Notes under the pieces: model-generated
What the model was told of the DNA's origin: nothing
What the model saw: the letters and a program-made list of their open reading frames with translations, nothing else
Databases searched by the model: none
Translations under genes and position numbers: made by a program
Shown here: one piece after another, positions 37,086-47,025 of the stretch
How the letters are laid out: every line of letters starts with the position of its first letter
Position numbering within the stretch: position 1 is the stretch's first letter
NCBI GenBank assembly: GCA_902168105.1
Contig: CABHOY010000052.1
Span: 987 to 64,986 of the forward strand
Source of the DNA: an uncultured Flavihumibacter sp.
GTDB lineage: Bacteria; Bacteroidota; Bacteroidia; Chitinophagales; Chitinophagaceae
Length of the DNA: 64,000 nt
Direction of reading: 5' to 3'

Positions 37086-38117
37086 CTATAACGCAGCAGC
37101 CAACACGCGCCATTCTTCCAGTTCAGGATTACCTGGTTTGCGTTTACCGAAGAATTGAGCGATCATCTCACCTGCTGCATCAAACACTTCCAACGATGTT
37201 ACTGTACCGTCTACTGAAGGCTTTTCTACTATCCAGCATTGAGCGATAACATCTGTCTTCAGATGCAAATTAAAATCTTCATCCATTACATTGATCCAGT
37301 TTGGAATTTCAACGATCTTCTGGACAGGACCAGTATGTATCTCAATATTGCCTGGATTGCCGACAAAGACCATGATCTCCAGTCCACTTGCTGAAGCCTT
37401 TTCCAACAGTGTTTTCACACAATCACTACCGGTGCGACGGGAAAACTTCCCTTCTGCCAGTTCCAGCGCACGTACCCTTGAAAGCTTGTGCTTCATCAGT
37501 AAAGGAAAGAAGTCGTGCGTATCTTTCAATGCAGCCCAGCCTTGCAGAAACGCTTCACCATCTGCGTCTTTGTCATTATATACCGGAGCAGGAGGCGCAG
37601 GTGCTACGGTAATGGCAGCAGGCTGCTCTGATGCAGTAAAGTCCGCAACCAGCTTGTCCCATGCCGTCAGGTCCGTCTTATCCACAGCATATATCTTCAT
37701 GATAGCAGTACCCTGCGCATCAAATATCTGCAGCGACTTTTTGAATCCAATGCTATCATCAGTATCTACAGCGAAACCATATTTCCAACGGGAGAAGAAC
37801 ATGCGCAGGTCGATGTCTTTTCCCAGTACGGTACCTACGTGTTTATTTTCTGTATTAATTATTTCGAAAGCGCCTTTGCGCTCTATTACGCAGTGTTCAT
37901 TACGGGTCAGCACCATCACCTTACCCAATGCAGGCATTGCCTGTATAAGGGCCGGGAATTCGTTCTTCAGATGTTTTACAGTACCGCCCGTACAAGCAGC
38001 TACCAGCTCACCTTCGCTGACCTGCAATTGGCTGGCGGCGTCACGGATCCTCACTTTTGGATGCTGTTCGCGAAAAGCCTGCCATTGTTCTTTTAATGTT
38101 GTTACGATTGCATTCAT
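37086..38117 (-). CDS. hemS: HemS/ChuS/HmuS hemin-degrading/trafficking protein
   Basis: Duplicated HemS domains; RIRDAA..L.VSEGELVA, LTRNEHCVIE, HDFFPLL, IEIHTG and QFFGKRKPGNPE motifs. Confidence 0.92.
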   Translation of the reverse strand: MNAIVTTLKEQWQAFREQHPKVRIRDAASQLQVSEGELVAACTGGTVKHLKNEFPALIQAMPALGKVMVLTRNEHCVIERKGAFEIINTENKHVGTVLGKDIDLRMFFSRWKYGFAVDTDDSIGFKKSLQIFDAQGTAIMKIYAVDKTDLTAWDKLVADFTASEQPAAITVAPAPPAPVYNDKDADGEAFLQGWAALKDTHDFFPLLMKHKLSRVRALELAEGKFSRRTGSDCVKTLLEKASASGLEIMVFVGNPGNIEIHTGPVQKIVEIPNWINVMDEDFNLHLKTDVIAQCWIVEKPSVDGTVTSLEVFDAAGEMIAQFFGKRKPGNPELEEWRVLAAAL

Positions 38118-38120
38118 GTT

Positions 38121-38969
38121 TTACAATACTTTTAATGCCTTTGCGGCAGGTGATGAAAATAAGCCCCCGGTAGTGGCAGTAACCACCAGTGGATAATGAC
38201 AGTGCGGATGTTCCAGTACTGCAACATCCACGCCGAAACAGTCTTTAATATGGGCAGATGTGAAAATTTCTTCAACACGTCCCTGTGCATATACATGGCC
38301 GTTCTTTAGTAATAGCAGCTTGTTAGCGTAGGCTGCTGCCAGCTGAAAGTCATGCAGTACAGCTACGACCAGCACACCACAGGCGGCCAGTGTAGTAGCC
38401 AGTTGCAATGACAATTGCTGGTGAAGAATGTCCATTCCTGTGACAGGTTCATCCAACAGCAGCATTTTCCTGCCGGTATAATCCGTCGCCTGCAGATCGG
38501 GTGCTTCCAGCAGTTGTGCCAGCACCCGTGCCATTTGCACACGTTGTTTTTGTCCGCCGGATAATGTCGGATAAGTTCTGTCGCGCAGGTTCTGCACCTG
38601 CATAACTTTTAAGGCATAGTTAATGATCTCTTTGTCTGCGGCAGAAAGATGGGCATTATAAATATAACGACCCATGCTTACCACTTCTGCCACAGTAAAT
38701 GGCTGGTTTAATGTGAGTTGCTGAGACAACACAGCTCTTGTTCTTGCCTGTGTTGCTATCGGCAATGTCTTTAGTTCTTCTCCTTCTATCCTTACGCTTC
38801 CGTTATACTGCATGTACTCTCCCGCTATCACCTTCAATAGCGTCGATTTACCTGCACCATTGGCGCCCATGATCACATATAACTCACCGGCTCCTGCCTC
38901 AAGGCTAACTCCTTCGAGGATCTTCATTTTACCGAGAGAGAGCGAAATATCTTTAACACACAACATCAT
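38121..38969 (-). CDS. hmuV: Heme ABC transporter ATP-binding protein
   Basis: GANGAGKST, LSGGQKQRVQMARVLAQL, LLLDEP and VLHD motifs; ATG overlaps the permease stop (ATGA). Confidence 0.9.
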   Translation of the reverse strand: MMLCVKDISLSLGKMKILEGVSLEAGAGELYVIMGANGAGKSTLLKVIAGEYMQYNGSVRIEGEELKTLPIATQARTRAVLSQQLTLNQPFTVAEVVSMGRYIYNAHLSAADKEIINYALKVMQVQNLRDRTYPTLSGGQKQRVQMARVLAQLLEAPDLQATDYTGRKMLLLDEPVTGMDILHQQLSLQLATTLAACGVLVVAVLHDFQLAAAYANKLLLLKNGHVYAQGRVEEIFTSAHIKDCFGVDVAVLEHPHCHYPLVVTATTGGLFSSPAAKALKVL

Positions 38970-40027
38970 GCGAGTATGGTCCTTTTTTCTTTGATAATAA
39001 GCCAGAGGAAAAATGGCGCACCTATTACAGCAGTAACAATTCCTACCGGTAGTTCCGCAGGTGCTACGATGGTGCGGCACAATAAGTCCGCTACGGTCAA
39101 TAGTACAGCACCCGATAAAGCAGCTCCCGGTATCAGTATCCGGTAATCAGGCCCAGTGAACTGACGTACTATATGTGGCACGATCAGGCCAATAAACCCG
39201 ATAATACCAGCTACTGCCACTCCCGCAGCTACTGCCATTGTTGCAAATATGACCAGCAGTGATTTTAATCGCGGCACTCTTACACCGCTATGCATCGCTT
39301 CCCGTTCTCCCAATGCCAGCAGGTTCAACGCAGGCGCTAAACGTGGCAGCATGATCAGCGGGATGATAATAAAAGGCGCTACCCCTGCTACCGTTTGCCA
39401 GCTGGCGCCTCCCAGGCTGCCGAGCGACCAGAAAGTAATACTGCGCAACTGCTCGTTGTTAGCCAGGTAAGTCATCAAACCAGTAACAGACTCACATAAC
39501 GCTCTCACTGCAATACCCGCCAGCAACATGGTTGAAATGGCGGCCTGACCGCCGGTACGGGCAATACGGAAAATAAATAACGTTGTAACGATCGCACCAG
39601 CAAATGCAGCAAGGTTCAGGGCATAAAAATTCAATGCAGGCACTTGTTGAAAAACCGGCAATGCGTTTTGAATGATGATCATTACCACCGCTGCCATTGA
39701 AGCACCTGAACTGATACCTATCAAACCAGGATCAGCCAGCGGATTGCGGAATAATCCCTGCAATGATGCACCAGCTACGCCAAGCCCCGCGCCTATCAAT
39801 ACGCCCAGCATTACTCTCGGCAGGCGGATCATCCATAGCACTCCGGGCATGTTCTCCTCATAAGCAACAGGCAGGTGAATACCTGCCTTGTCTAACAATA
39901 TGGCAAGTACCTGCGTGGGAGACATATGCATCGCACCTGTTCCCGTCGCCAGCAGTATCACAATAATGAGCAATATGCTAAGTATGGTGATACTGCTGAT
40001 ACGTTTTATATTTTCTGTGTTCATCAT
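38966..40027 (-). CDS. hmuU: FecCD-family heme ABC permease
   Basis: IRLPRV, LFRNPLADPGLIG, GFIGLIVPH and ELPVGIVTA motifs. Confidence 0.92.
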   Translation of the reverse strand: MMNTENIKRISSITILSILLIIVILLATGTGAMHMSPTQVLAILLDKAGIHLPVAYEENMPGVLWMIRLPRVMLGVLIGAGLGVAGASLQGLFRNPLADPGLIGISSGASMAAVVMIIIQNALPVFQQVPALNFYALNLAAFAGAIVTTLFIFRIARTGGQAAISTMLLAGIAVRALCESVTGLMTYLANNEQLRSITFWSLGSLGGASWQTVAGVAPFIIIPLIMLPRLAPALNLLALGEREAMHSGVRVPRLKSLLVIFATMAVAAGVAVAGIIGFIGLIVPHIVRQFTGPDYRILIPGAALSGAVLLTVADLLCRTIVAPAELPVGIVTAVIGAPFFLWLIIKEKRTILA

Positions 40028-40037
40028 TATTATTCCA

Positions 40038-40883
40038 CTATGAGTTCAGCTTACCCGCCAGTTCCTGTACCGCCTGTATCACACGCGGGCCGAAACCAGT
40101 CAGCAGCTGACCATCCATTACGATCACTTTCTTTTGTTTACCTGCAGTTGTTTGCGGAATGCCCTGCACTCTCAGCAGGCCATCCACATCGCCCATGCTT
40201 TTCAATCCCTCGTCAAACATGAGGATCACGTCGGGATTAGCAGTAACCAAAGCTTCTGGTGTCAATGGTTTGAAGTCATTGAAACCAGTAGCTGCGTTCT
40301 GTGCACCAGCTAATGCAATGATCTTATCTAACGGTGTTTCTTTACCTGCGACCATCATAGTACCGGCGCCACGTGCATAGATGAACAATACTTTCTTTGG
40401 TTGTGCTTTTATATGTAATGCCTGTTGTTCTTTATCCAGTTGTTTTACCAGTGCAATCCCTTTTTCAGGTGCTTTCAGGGCAGCAGCCACTTCTGTAATC
40501 AGCTTTTTGGTACCGGCTACGGAGAACTCCTGTTTGATCAGTACTGTTTTTACACCTACGCTTTTAAACTGTTCGATCACTGCCGGTTGTATAAAGTTGT
40601 CTGTAGCCAGGATAAGGTCCGGCTGTAAAGCCAGTACAGGCTCTGCAGAAATATTCCGGTTATGCCCCACTTTCGCCACCTGTTTCATACTGGCAGGATA
40701 AGTGCTCGTTACATCCACACCTACCAATGCACTCTCAAATCCCAATGCACAAACAATCTCGGTAATAGCCCCATTCAGGGATACGATACGCTTAATCCCC
40801 TGTTGCGCGCTAACATTCAGCGCAGTAAACAGGCAAACAGCTAATGATACGACCAATGGGCGTATCTGTATACGATTCATCAT
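40038..40883 (-). CDS. hmuT: Heme ABC transporter periplasmic binding protein
   Basis: RIVSLNGAITEIVCALG, GVDVTSTYP (Tyr ligand region) and LLTGFGPR; start at MMNRIQ. Confidence 0.88.
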   Translation of the reverse strand: MMNRIQIRPLVVSLAVCLFTALNVSAQQGIKRIVSLNGAITEIVCALGFESALVGVDVTSTYPASMKQVAKVGHNRNISAEPVLALQPDLILATDNFIQPAVIEQFKSVGVKTVLIKQEFSVAGTKKLITEVAAALKAPEKGIALVKQLDKEQQALHIKAQPKKVLFIYARGAGTMMVAGKETPLDKIIALAGAQNAATGFNDFKPLTPEALVTANPDVILMFDEGLKSMGDVDGLLRVQGIPQTTAGKQKKVIVMDGQLLTGFGPRVIQAVQELAGKLNS

Positions 40884-41383
40884 AGTTCGAATAAGTAAGA
40901 ATGACAATAAATAATGTTGAAAGAAAAATGAATGGTTGACCCTACCCGGGGTTTGGGCCAACCATCGCTTACCATAAGCATTTTTACTCCGCCATGCTTA
41001 GGCAAGATCCTTAATAAGTTGTCTGGTACAGGATACCGGGAAGTCAGGTATTGGCACACAAAAAGCCACTACGGAACTTCACAGTGATCCGGTACAGTTT
41101 ACCAGTAATAAAATTTAAAAAGTAACTATCAGCCGGGCATGATATATATAGGGATATATCAGCATTGGACTGACAGGTGCGACGGAGTAATTGAGTGTTG
41201 CAAATCTATGTCATAGAAATGTAATAGACTAATCGAATCGGGAAAATTTTATGACAATCTTTACGCAAAAGGAAATATCTATGTTTTTCAATGGTTCGGA
41301 GGGAAGTTATCAACGAGGTTAAACTAAATCCTTTATGCTATTGTTAAATATACATTACCTATCACCGGAAAAATTTAAAACCC

Positions 41384-41635
41384 ATGGATTGGGATGAAAT
41401 ACTAAATCCACTATCGCCATACTATCAGAGTGCGATGCAGGAACAACAACAGCTCGTAAATCTGCAGGATGGGCTCATATCAGCCGCTAAAGAACTGATG
41501 TCTTCCACTTACCCGCAGATCTATCACCTTGAATCGGCCGGATACACAGAACTCGAAAACACCATTATTTCGGAATGTGTGAAACTCTCGTGTAAGCTGA
41601 ACGATATCATTTTGAAGTACCAGATAGAAAAATAG
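41384..41635 (+). CDS. Hypothetical acidic helical protein
   Basis: 83-aa ORF with AT-rich upstream sequence, converging on the DUF4249 gene. Confidence 0.65.
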   Translation: MDWDEILNPLSPYYQSAMQEQQQLVNLQDGLISAAKELMSSTYPQIYHLESAGYTELENTIISECVKLSCKLNDIILKYQIEK

Positions 41636-41643
41636 CCACTGTA

Positions 41644-42522
41644 CTACTCTACTGAGAATGAAAGCCTTCCGGCATTCACACCCGCGACGATGCCATATCC
41701 GTTTTCTACATTGGAAAAGATATTCACCGGATCAATAGAGAAATCCAGCCTATCCTCCAATCGCTGCGAATATGTGCCATCAAGGTACTTAAAGGCTCCT
41801 CTGGTTAAACCGCTGACTTCCACGATCATGTGAGAAGCTATGATCTCTTTGCTTGTTTGCAACACAAAGAGCACATCTTTTCCATTGATGCGTTCATCAG
41901 TCAGCAGCACTTCACTGTAATAGGCATTACCAATGATGTCTATAAAGTTGTTATTGTATGATGGGTCCAGGCGGAACTTTACTGTATCCTGTTTCAGCGG
42001 TACGATCACTCCGTTGACAGTATCGGCATTGTATACCCGGATCCTGTAATAATTCTTTTCAGCGGCATTGTCTTTCAGGGAAAACCTTACCCTGTTGGAG
42101 GTCTTTTGCGCAAATGCATCCCTTGTTGCGGGTCTCGTCGGAGTACTGTCCACCGCTACCACACTGGCGAGACCGGTATAACTTACATTCACCGTATATC
42201 GTGCGCCTACTTTAGCCACACCCTGCGATACATAATATCCCTTTCCGTTGATCACCGTCCACCGTGGTGCAGGCAGTGTCGTACCATCTTCCTGTAAAGT
42301 CACGACCGCACCCGCCAGCTCCGGGAACCGTAGGTTACCAGACTCTTTTACCGGCTTGCTTTTGGTAACGCGGATATACATCAGACTGTCCGGCTGAATC
42401 AGGCTGTTCAACACTATCTTATCTCCCTCATAAGGGATATCGATCCGTGATTCTTTTTCACATGCTGCCATAACAATGATCAGCAATATTGCATAAAGAG
42501 AAAATGGACGCATACACTTCAT
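41644..42522 (-). CDS. DUF4249-family lipoprotein
   Basis: VMAAC lipobox; NYYRI and C-terminal PVNIFSNVENGYGIVAG typical of DUF4249; abuts the TBDR. Confidence 0.82.
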   Translation of the reverse strand: MKCMRPFSLYAILLIIVMAACEKESRIDIPYEGDKIVLNSLIQPDSLMYIRVTKSKPVKESGNLRFPELAGAVVTLQEDGTTLPAPRWTVINGKGYYVSQGVAKVGARYTVNVSYTGLASVVAVDSTPTRPATRDAFAQKTSNRVRFSLKDNAAEKNYYRIRVYNADTVNGVIVPLKQDTVKFRLDPSYNNNFIDIIGNAYYSEVLLTDERINGKDVLFVLQTSKEIIASHMIVEVSGLTRGAFKYLDGTYSQRLEDRLDFSIDPVNIFSNVENGYGIVAGVNAGRLSFSVE

Positions 42523-45156
42523 TTAAAATTTAATTGCATAAGTCACACTGGGCAGGATAGGTAAAATACTTATCTCTGACAGATAGCGTTCCTGTTTTTC
42601 CGTATTGGTCACCATATAGTAATAGTATGGATTCCGCTGATTATACGCATTGTACAAACTGAATGTCCAGCTCTTCGTCCACAGTCTTTTCTTTTTACTG
42701 TACGTTGCGCTGATATCCAATCTGTGCATAGATGATGTACGGTATTCATTCCTGTTACCGATATGGTCCAGGATCGGATCATGCTGCGGAGGATCGTAAG
42801 GGGAAGGATCTCCAATACCTTCATAACTCGCTGTAGGTAACGTCAATGGCAATCCGGTAGTATACTCCCACGTTGCAGACAATTCCCAACGTTTACCCAA
42901 ACGCTGTGTCAGCACCACTTCAAGATCGTGCCGGCGGTCATATTTGTAAGGGAACGACTTACCTTCATTCACACTGGGGAATGTTCTGTCCGACCAGGAA
43001 AGTGTATAACCGATCCATCCTCTTGTCGTTCCTTTTTTCTTTTCCAGCATGATCTCTCCTCCGTAACTCCTGCCTTTGCCGATAGCAACCTGTTCATCCC
43101 AATGTTTGCCGGCACCGCTGAAAGGCGATACATATTCACTGTATTCTATTACATGGTCCATTGTTTTGTAATAACCTTCTACAGACATCGCATACATATG
43201 GTGTTTGCTCATTTTGGAGATGCCCACGGAAGCCTGACGTGAAAACATGGGCCGCACCCTTCCTGTAGACGGTACCCAAAGGTCCGTAGGCAAACTGCTG
43301 CCGCTGTTTGTTAACAGATGCAGGTACTGCGTCATATGCGTATAAGATAACTTAAGCGCCCACCGGTGTGGAAAACTATACCTTACACCTAATCTTGGCT
43401 GTATGGAATAATAAGCACGGCCCTCTACAAGAAAAGCGGAAGCATGCACGCCTCCATTCAGTAACAAAGCCTTTGACGCCTTCCACTCATCTTCTGCATA
43501 CAACAATATTTCCTGGCCCACAGATGCGCCATTATCGTAAGTTGTATCTACTGATGGCTGACCGATCCCTTCATCTTCAAAGAGAGATACACCCGGATTA
43601 AAGACATGTGTGATCACGCCCCCGCCAAACCTGATGGTGTGCTGGGGTTTAGGTCTGTATTCAAAATCTACCTTACCGACTATGTCCTGTATGCTGGAAT
43701 AATATTTCCCGTACAACCTGTTGGTATCAGTTGTATTTATTGGTTTGTAGTCGTATTTATATTCTGTTGAAAAGTAGTATTGTGAATAATTGGTCGTTAC
43801 GTTAGCAAACAATTTCGGACTAAATACATGGTTCCAGCGTAATGTACCTGTATAGTTTCCCCATACGAAACTGGAGCGGCTATCGCCATAATAACTTTCC
43901 GGTAGGGTAGCGTCCTTCTCTCCTTCCTGCCATGTCATATTCAACTTGTCCTGCCCGACATATCCACTAAGGTATAACCGGTCCTTCTCTGAAAAGATAT
44001 GATTCACTTTCAGGTTAGCATCATAAAAGAACACAGTAGTATTCTCCGGCCCGTCATCGTTGTTGTCAACGAACACGTCATTCATCATATCGGTATGTGA
44101 ACGCCGGGCAGACACCACAAACGAAGTCTTGTCTTTTTTTAAAGGACCTTCTACCATCGCCTTCGCGGCAATCAGCCCTATAGCCGCTTCTCCATGATAC
44201 TGTTGCATATCGCCGTCTTTGAGAGAGATGTCCACAATAGACGATAAGCGTCCTCCGTAACGCGCAGGAAATGCGCCTTTATAGAATTCTGCATTCTTTA
44301 CAATGTCAGGATTGAACACAGAGAAGATCCCGAATAAATGGGACACGCTAAAGATAGGCGTACCATCCAGGAGCACAAGGTTCTGGTCAGGGCTTCCACC
44401 TCTTACATTCAATCCGCCGCCGCCTTCTATTCCACCAGATACACCAGGTTGTGCCACAATGGTACGCATCAGATCTGCCTCACCCAATAGGCGTGGCATT
44501 GCCTTGACATCTGCGGCCGATAACTTTAATCTGTTCAGCGCTACCTGCTCCTGCTGCTGGCGGGCTGAATCTGTTGTTGTTACCACGACTTCCGGCAAAC
44601 TATTCTGTGCCTGTAATGTAACAATAACAGGTCCGCGTTGATCTTTCTTTACAGCCAGGCGTCCAGGCTTATAACCAATATAGGTCACCTGCAAACTGTT
44701 GCTGTCGCGGGGCAAGGTAAGACTGAAAAAACCGAACTGATTGGTCGTGGTACCTGCACGCTGTATCGGGGAATAAACTGTAGCCCCGATAAGTTTCTCA
44801 CCGGTAGCAAGATCCTGCACATACCCACTGATGGTATTGGTAGGATGATTTTTAGCTGTCAGCACGATCTGATCACCGATGCGTGCAAATTGAATATCGA
44901 AGGGAGCAAAAATATCGTCCAGCGCTTTCTTCAGGGGCCTGTTATGTATGTTCACTGTTACCAGGGCTGTCAGGTCCACTACATTCCTGCTGTACGAGAA
45001 ATGAATACCATATTCTTTCTCCAGTATCATACATACTGTTTCCAGCGACTGATCTTTCACTGATATACTGATCCTTGTCCGCCAATCCCACCCGGATGCC
45101 TGTACAGGAATATAGATGAGCAGCATTCCCAATAACATCCTACACAACAATGACAT
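42523..45156 (-). CDS. TonB-dependent receptor with N-terminal signalling (STN) extension
   Basis: STN-like N-terminus, carboxypeptidase-regulatory-like domain, NVRGGSPDQNLVLLDG plug, FPARYGGRLSS; terminal Phe. Confidence 0.88.
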   Translation of the reverse strand: MSLLCRMLLGMLLIYIPVQASGWDWRTRISISVKDQSLETVCMILEKEYGIHFSYSRNVVDLTALVTVNIHNRPLKKALDDIFAPFDIQFARIGDQIVLTAKNHPTNTISGYVQDLATGEKLIGATVYSPIQRAGTTTNQFGFFSLTLPRDSNSLQVTYIGYKPGRLAVKKDQRGPVIVTLQAQNSLPEVVVTTTDSARQQQEQVALNRLKLSAADVKAMPRLLGEADLMRTIVAQPGVSGGIEGGGGLNVRGGSPDQNLVLLDGTPIFSVSHLFGIFSVFNPDIVKNAEFYKGAFPARYGGRLSSIVDISLKDGDMQQYHGEAAIGLIAAKAMVEGPLKKDKTSFVVSARRSHTDMMNDVFVDNNDDGPENTTVFFYDANLKVNHIFSEKDRLYLSGYVGQDKLNMTWQEGEKDATLPESYYGDSRSSFVWGNYTGTLRWNHVFSPKLFANVTTNYSQYYFSTEYKYDYKPINTTDTNRLYGKYYSSIQDIVGKVDFEYRPKPQHTIRFGGGVITHVFNPGVSLFEDEGIGQPSVDTTYDNGASVGQEILLYAEDEWKASKALLLNGGVHASAFLVEGRAYYSIQPRLGVRYSFPHRWALKLSYTHMTQYLHLLTNSGSSLPTDLWVPSTGRVRPMFSRQASVGISKMSKHHMYAMSVEGYYKTMDHVIEYSEYVSPFSGAGKHWDEQVAIGKGRSYGGEIMLEKKKGTTRGWIGYTLSWSDRTFPSVNEGKSFPYKYDRRHDLEVVLTQRLGKRWELSATWEYTTGLPLTLPTASYEGIGDPSPYDPPQHDPILDHIGNRNEYRTSSMHRLDISATYSKKKRLWTKSWTFSLYNAYNQRNPYYYYMVTNTEKQERYLSEISILPILPSVTYAIKF

Positions 45157-45179
45157 GATTCTTTTTAAGGTTGTAAAAA

Positions 45180-46136
45180 TTATTCTTCATGCTTCTTTAA
45201 TATTACGGTGGTGTCTTTTTTCTCCATGTCTGCATTGGTCATAAATGCGATAGATGCCAGTACGTTCTCCGCTGTTTCTCCTGTAAAAGAGGCTGTCACC
45301 GGCAATTGCAGCAATGCCTCATCTGCGGTAACATGTATATGATAGATCACTTCAAGCGTTTGTAATACCTCCGACAGCGGCGTATCTGTAAATACCAGCT
45401 CCCTGCCTGCAGCATCTGCCACATGTGAAGCGATCCTGAATGGGACCTGTTCGTTCTGTTGTTCCAGCAGCATACCGGCCGATAATACCACACTGTCCTG
45501 ACGGCCTTTACCCATTACCATGATCTGTCCCGTATCTACATGTATCCGTAGTGCGCCATTTTTACCGGGTGCCGCATCCACCATAAAACGGGTGCCCAAT
45601 ACTTTTATGGTCCTTTCTCCCAGCTTTATTATAAACGGATGGTCAGCGTCCGGGGTTACATCGAACAGCGCTTTTCCTTCCAGCGACACCTCCCGTTGCG
45701 AAATCCCAAATCCGGCCAGTACCAGCAAGCGGGCTTTGTCCTCCAACTGAACGGTAGTACCGTCTTTCAACTGTGCCACAAGCGGCCCTGTAAACCGCTG
45801 CGTACGACCATTACGGGCCGCCAGCCATAAACCGGTCGCCCCGGCTATCAGTAACACGGCAGCAGCCATCCACCACCGGCGCCATCTGGAAACGGCCACC
45901 ACACGTCCTCCCATGCCGGCGCTGAGCGACTGCCAGGCACGTTCCGTGTCGGCAGCTGTCACAGCCAGTCGCGGTTGTTCCACCAGCAACTTTTCAAGTG
46001 CTGATAACAACACAGGGTGACTGGTATCACTTTTCAGCCAGTCGTCAACCCACTGGCGTTCAGCGATATCGGCCTCACCGAGCACGTATTTACATAGCAA
46101 GGCGTATAGCGCCTCATCAGCATATAATTTAGTCAT
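45180..46136 (-). CDS. fecR: FecR-family anti-sigma factor
   Basis: Single TM; REVSLEGKALFDV and VLGTRF FecR motifs; start at MTKLY. Confidence 0.88.
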   Translation of the reverse strand: MTKLYADEALYALLCKYVLGEADIAERQWVDDWLKSDTSHPVLLSALEKLLVEQPRLAVTAADTERAWQSLSAGMGGRVVAVSRWRRWWMAAAVLLIAGATGLWLAARNGRTQRFTGPLVAQLKDGTTVQLEDKARLLVLAGFGISQREVSLEGKALFDVTPDADHPFIIKLGERTIKVLGTRFMVDAAPGKNGALRIHVDTGQIMVMGKGRQDSVVLSAGMLLEQQNEQVPFRIASHVADAAGRELVFTDTPLSEVLQTLEVIYHIHVTADEALLQLPVTASFTGETAENVLASIAFMTNADMEKKDTTVILKKHEE

Positions 46137-46386
46137 CGAACAGTTTGTAGTAGTTATAACAGATGAAAGCAGGCAAAAGCACACAGTAGCTTTCGTATGG
46201 TAAACAGACGCAGGTTATGGCAGGTTGCCCCTATAAGGAGACAAATATTTGTAAAAATATTAAACGATAATTACATTTGATCACATTAAAAACAAACAGG
46301 GGGATTAGTATCATTACGGCTATAATTGTCGCCAACATTAGTTCTCCGGCTCAGATCTTTCCCGAAGGGATAATATGTCCAACTGG

Positions 46387-46896
46387 TCAGAATAACAGGA
46401 CCTGCAGGTATTCCTTCAACTCTTTGTGCATGATCTTCAATGCCTTTCCCATCTGATTCTCTACCGTTTTCACCGATATATTCATGACGTCGGCTATCTC
46501 GGCATATTTTAATTGTTGCTGCCGGCTGAGTACAAATACTTCACGGCAACGGTCGGGCAGCACTTCCAACGCCTGCTGATAGAGTCGTTCCAGCTCCCAG
46601 GCAGACGCCTGTAACTGTCCGTCGCCCGCCCGCAGATCACCGGCTACCTGCTCTTTTTCCTGTCGCACCGTTTCCTTCCGCCAGTTGCTGATAGCTGTAT
46701 TCCGGACGGCCGCAAAAAGGTAAGATCTCATAGCACCCGTAATATCAATGGTTTCCCGCTTTTCCCAGAGCCGCAGGAATACCTGCTGCACCACTTCCTC
46801 TCCCTCATGGACATTGCCGGTGTAATGCACCGCAAATGCCAGACAGGAGGCGTGGTGTTCTCTAAAGATATCTTCAAATGTACGACGGTTCAGCAT
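46387..46896 (-). CDS. ECF RNA polymerase sigma-70 factor
   Basis: VVQQVFLRLWEKR region 2; LPDRCREVF..SRQQQLKYAEIA..MNISVKTVENQM region 4. Confidence 0.92.
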   Translation of the reverse strand: MLNRRTFEDIFREHHASCLAFAVHYTGNVHEGEEVVQQVFLRLWEKRETIDITGAMRSYLFAAVRNTAISNWRKETVRQEKEQVAGDLRAGDGQLQASAWELERLYQQALEVLPDRCREVFVLSRQQQLKYAEIADVMNISVKTVENQMGKALKIMHKELKEYLQVLLF

Positions 46897-47010
46897 TGGT
46901 ATTTAAGCACCGTAAAGATATAATATATACTGGGTTTTGTTGTGTTATCTCCTGACTATCATTCTTTCAGGGTATTCTCTCAAGGAAAGAATACTATTGT
47001 CTAACTTATT

Positions 47011-47018
47011 TATCTTTG
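47011..47018 (+). promoter_or_regulatory. -7 box (TATCTTTG) for pyrD
   Basis: Exact TAnnTTTG ending 7 nt before the ATG. Confidence 0.55.
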
Positions 47019-47025
47019 TGCCCGC

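Noticed and set aside
37291-38196. 301-aa plus-strand ORF
   Set aside because: Antisense shadow of hemS with no recognisable motif.
40990-41260. Possible cobalamin or other riboswitch upstream of hmuT (GGGAAGTCAG-like words)
   Set aside because: I could not assemble the conserved B12-box and core helices on the sense strand; an Infernal/Rfam scan would settle it.
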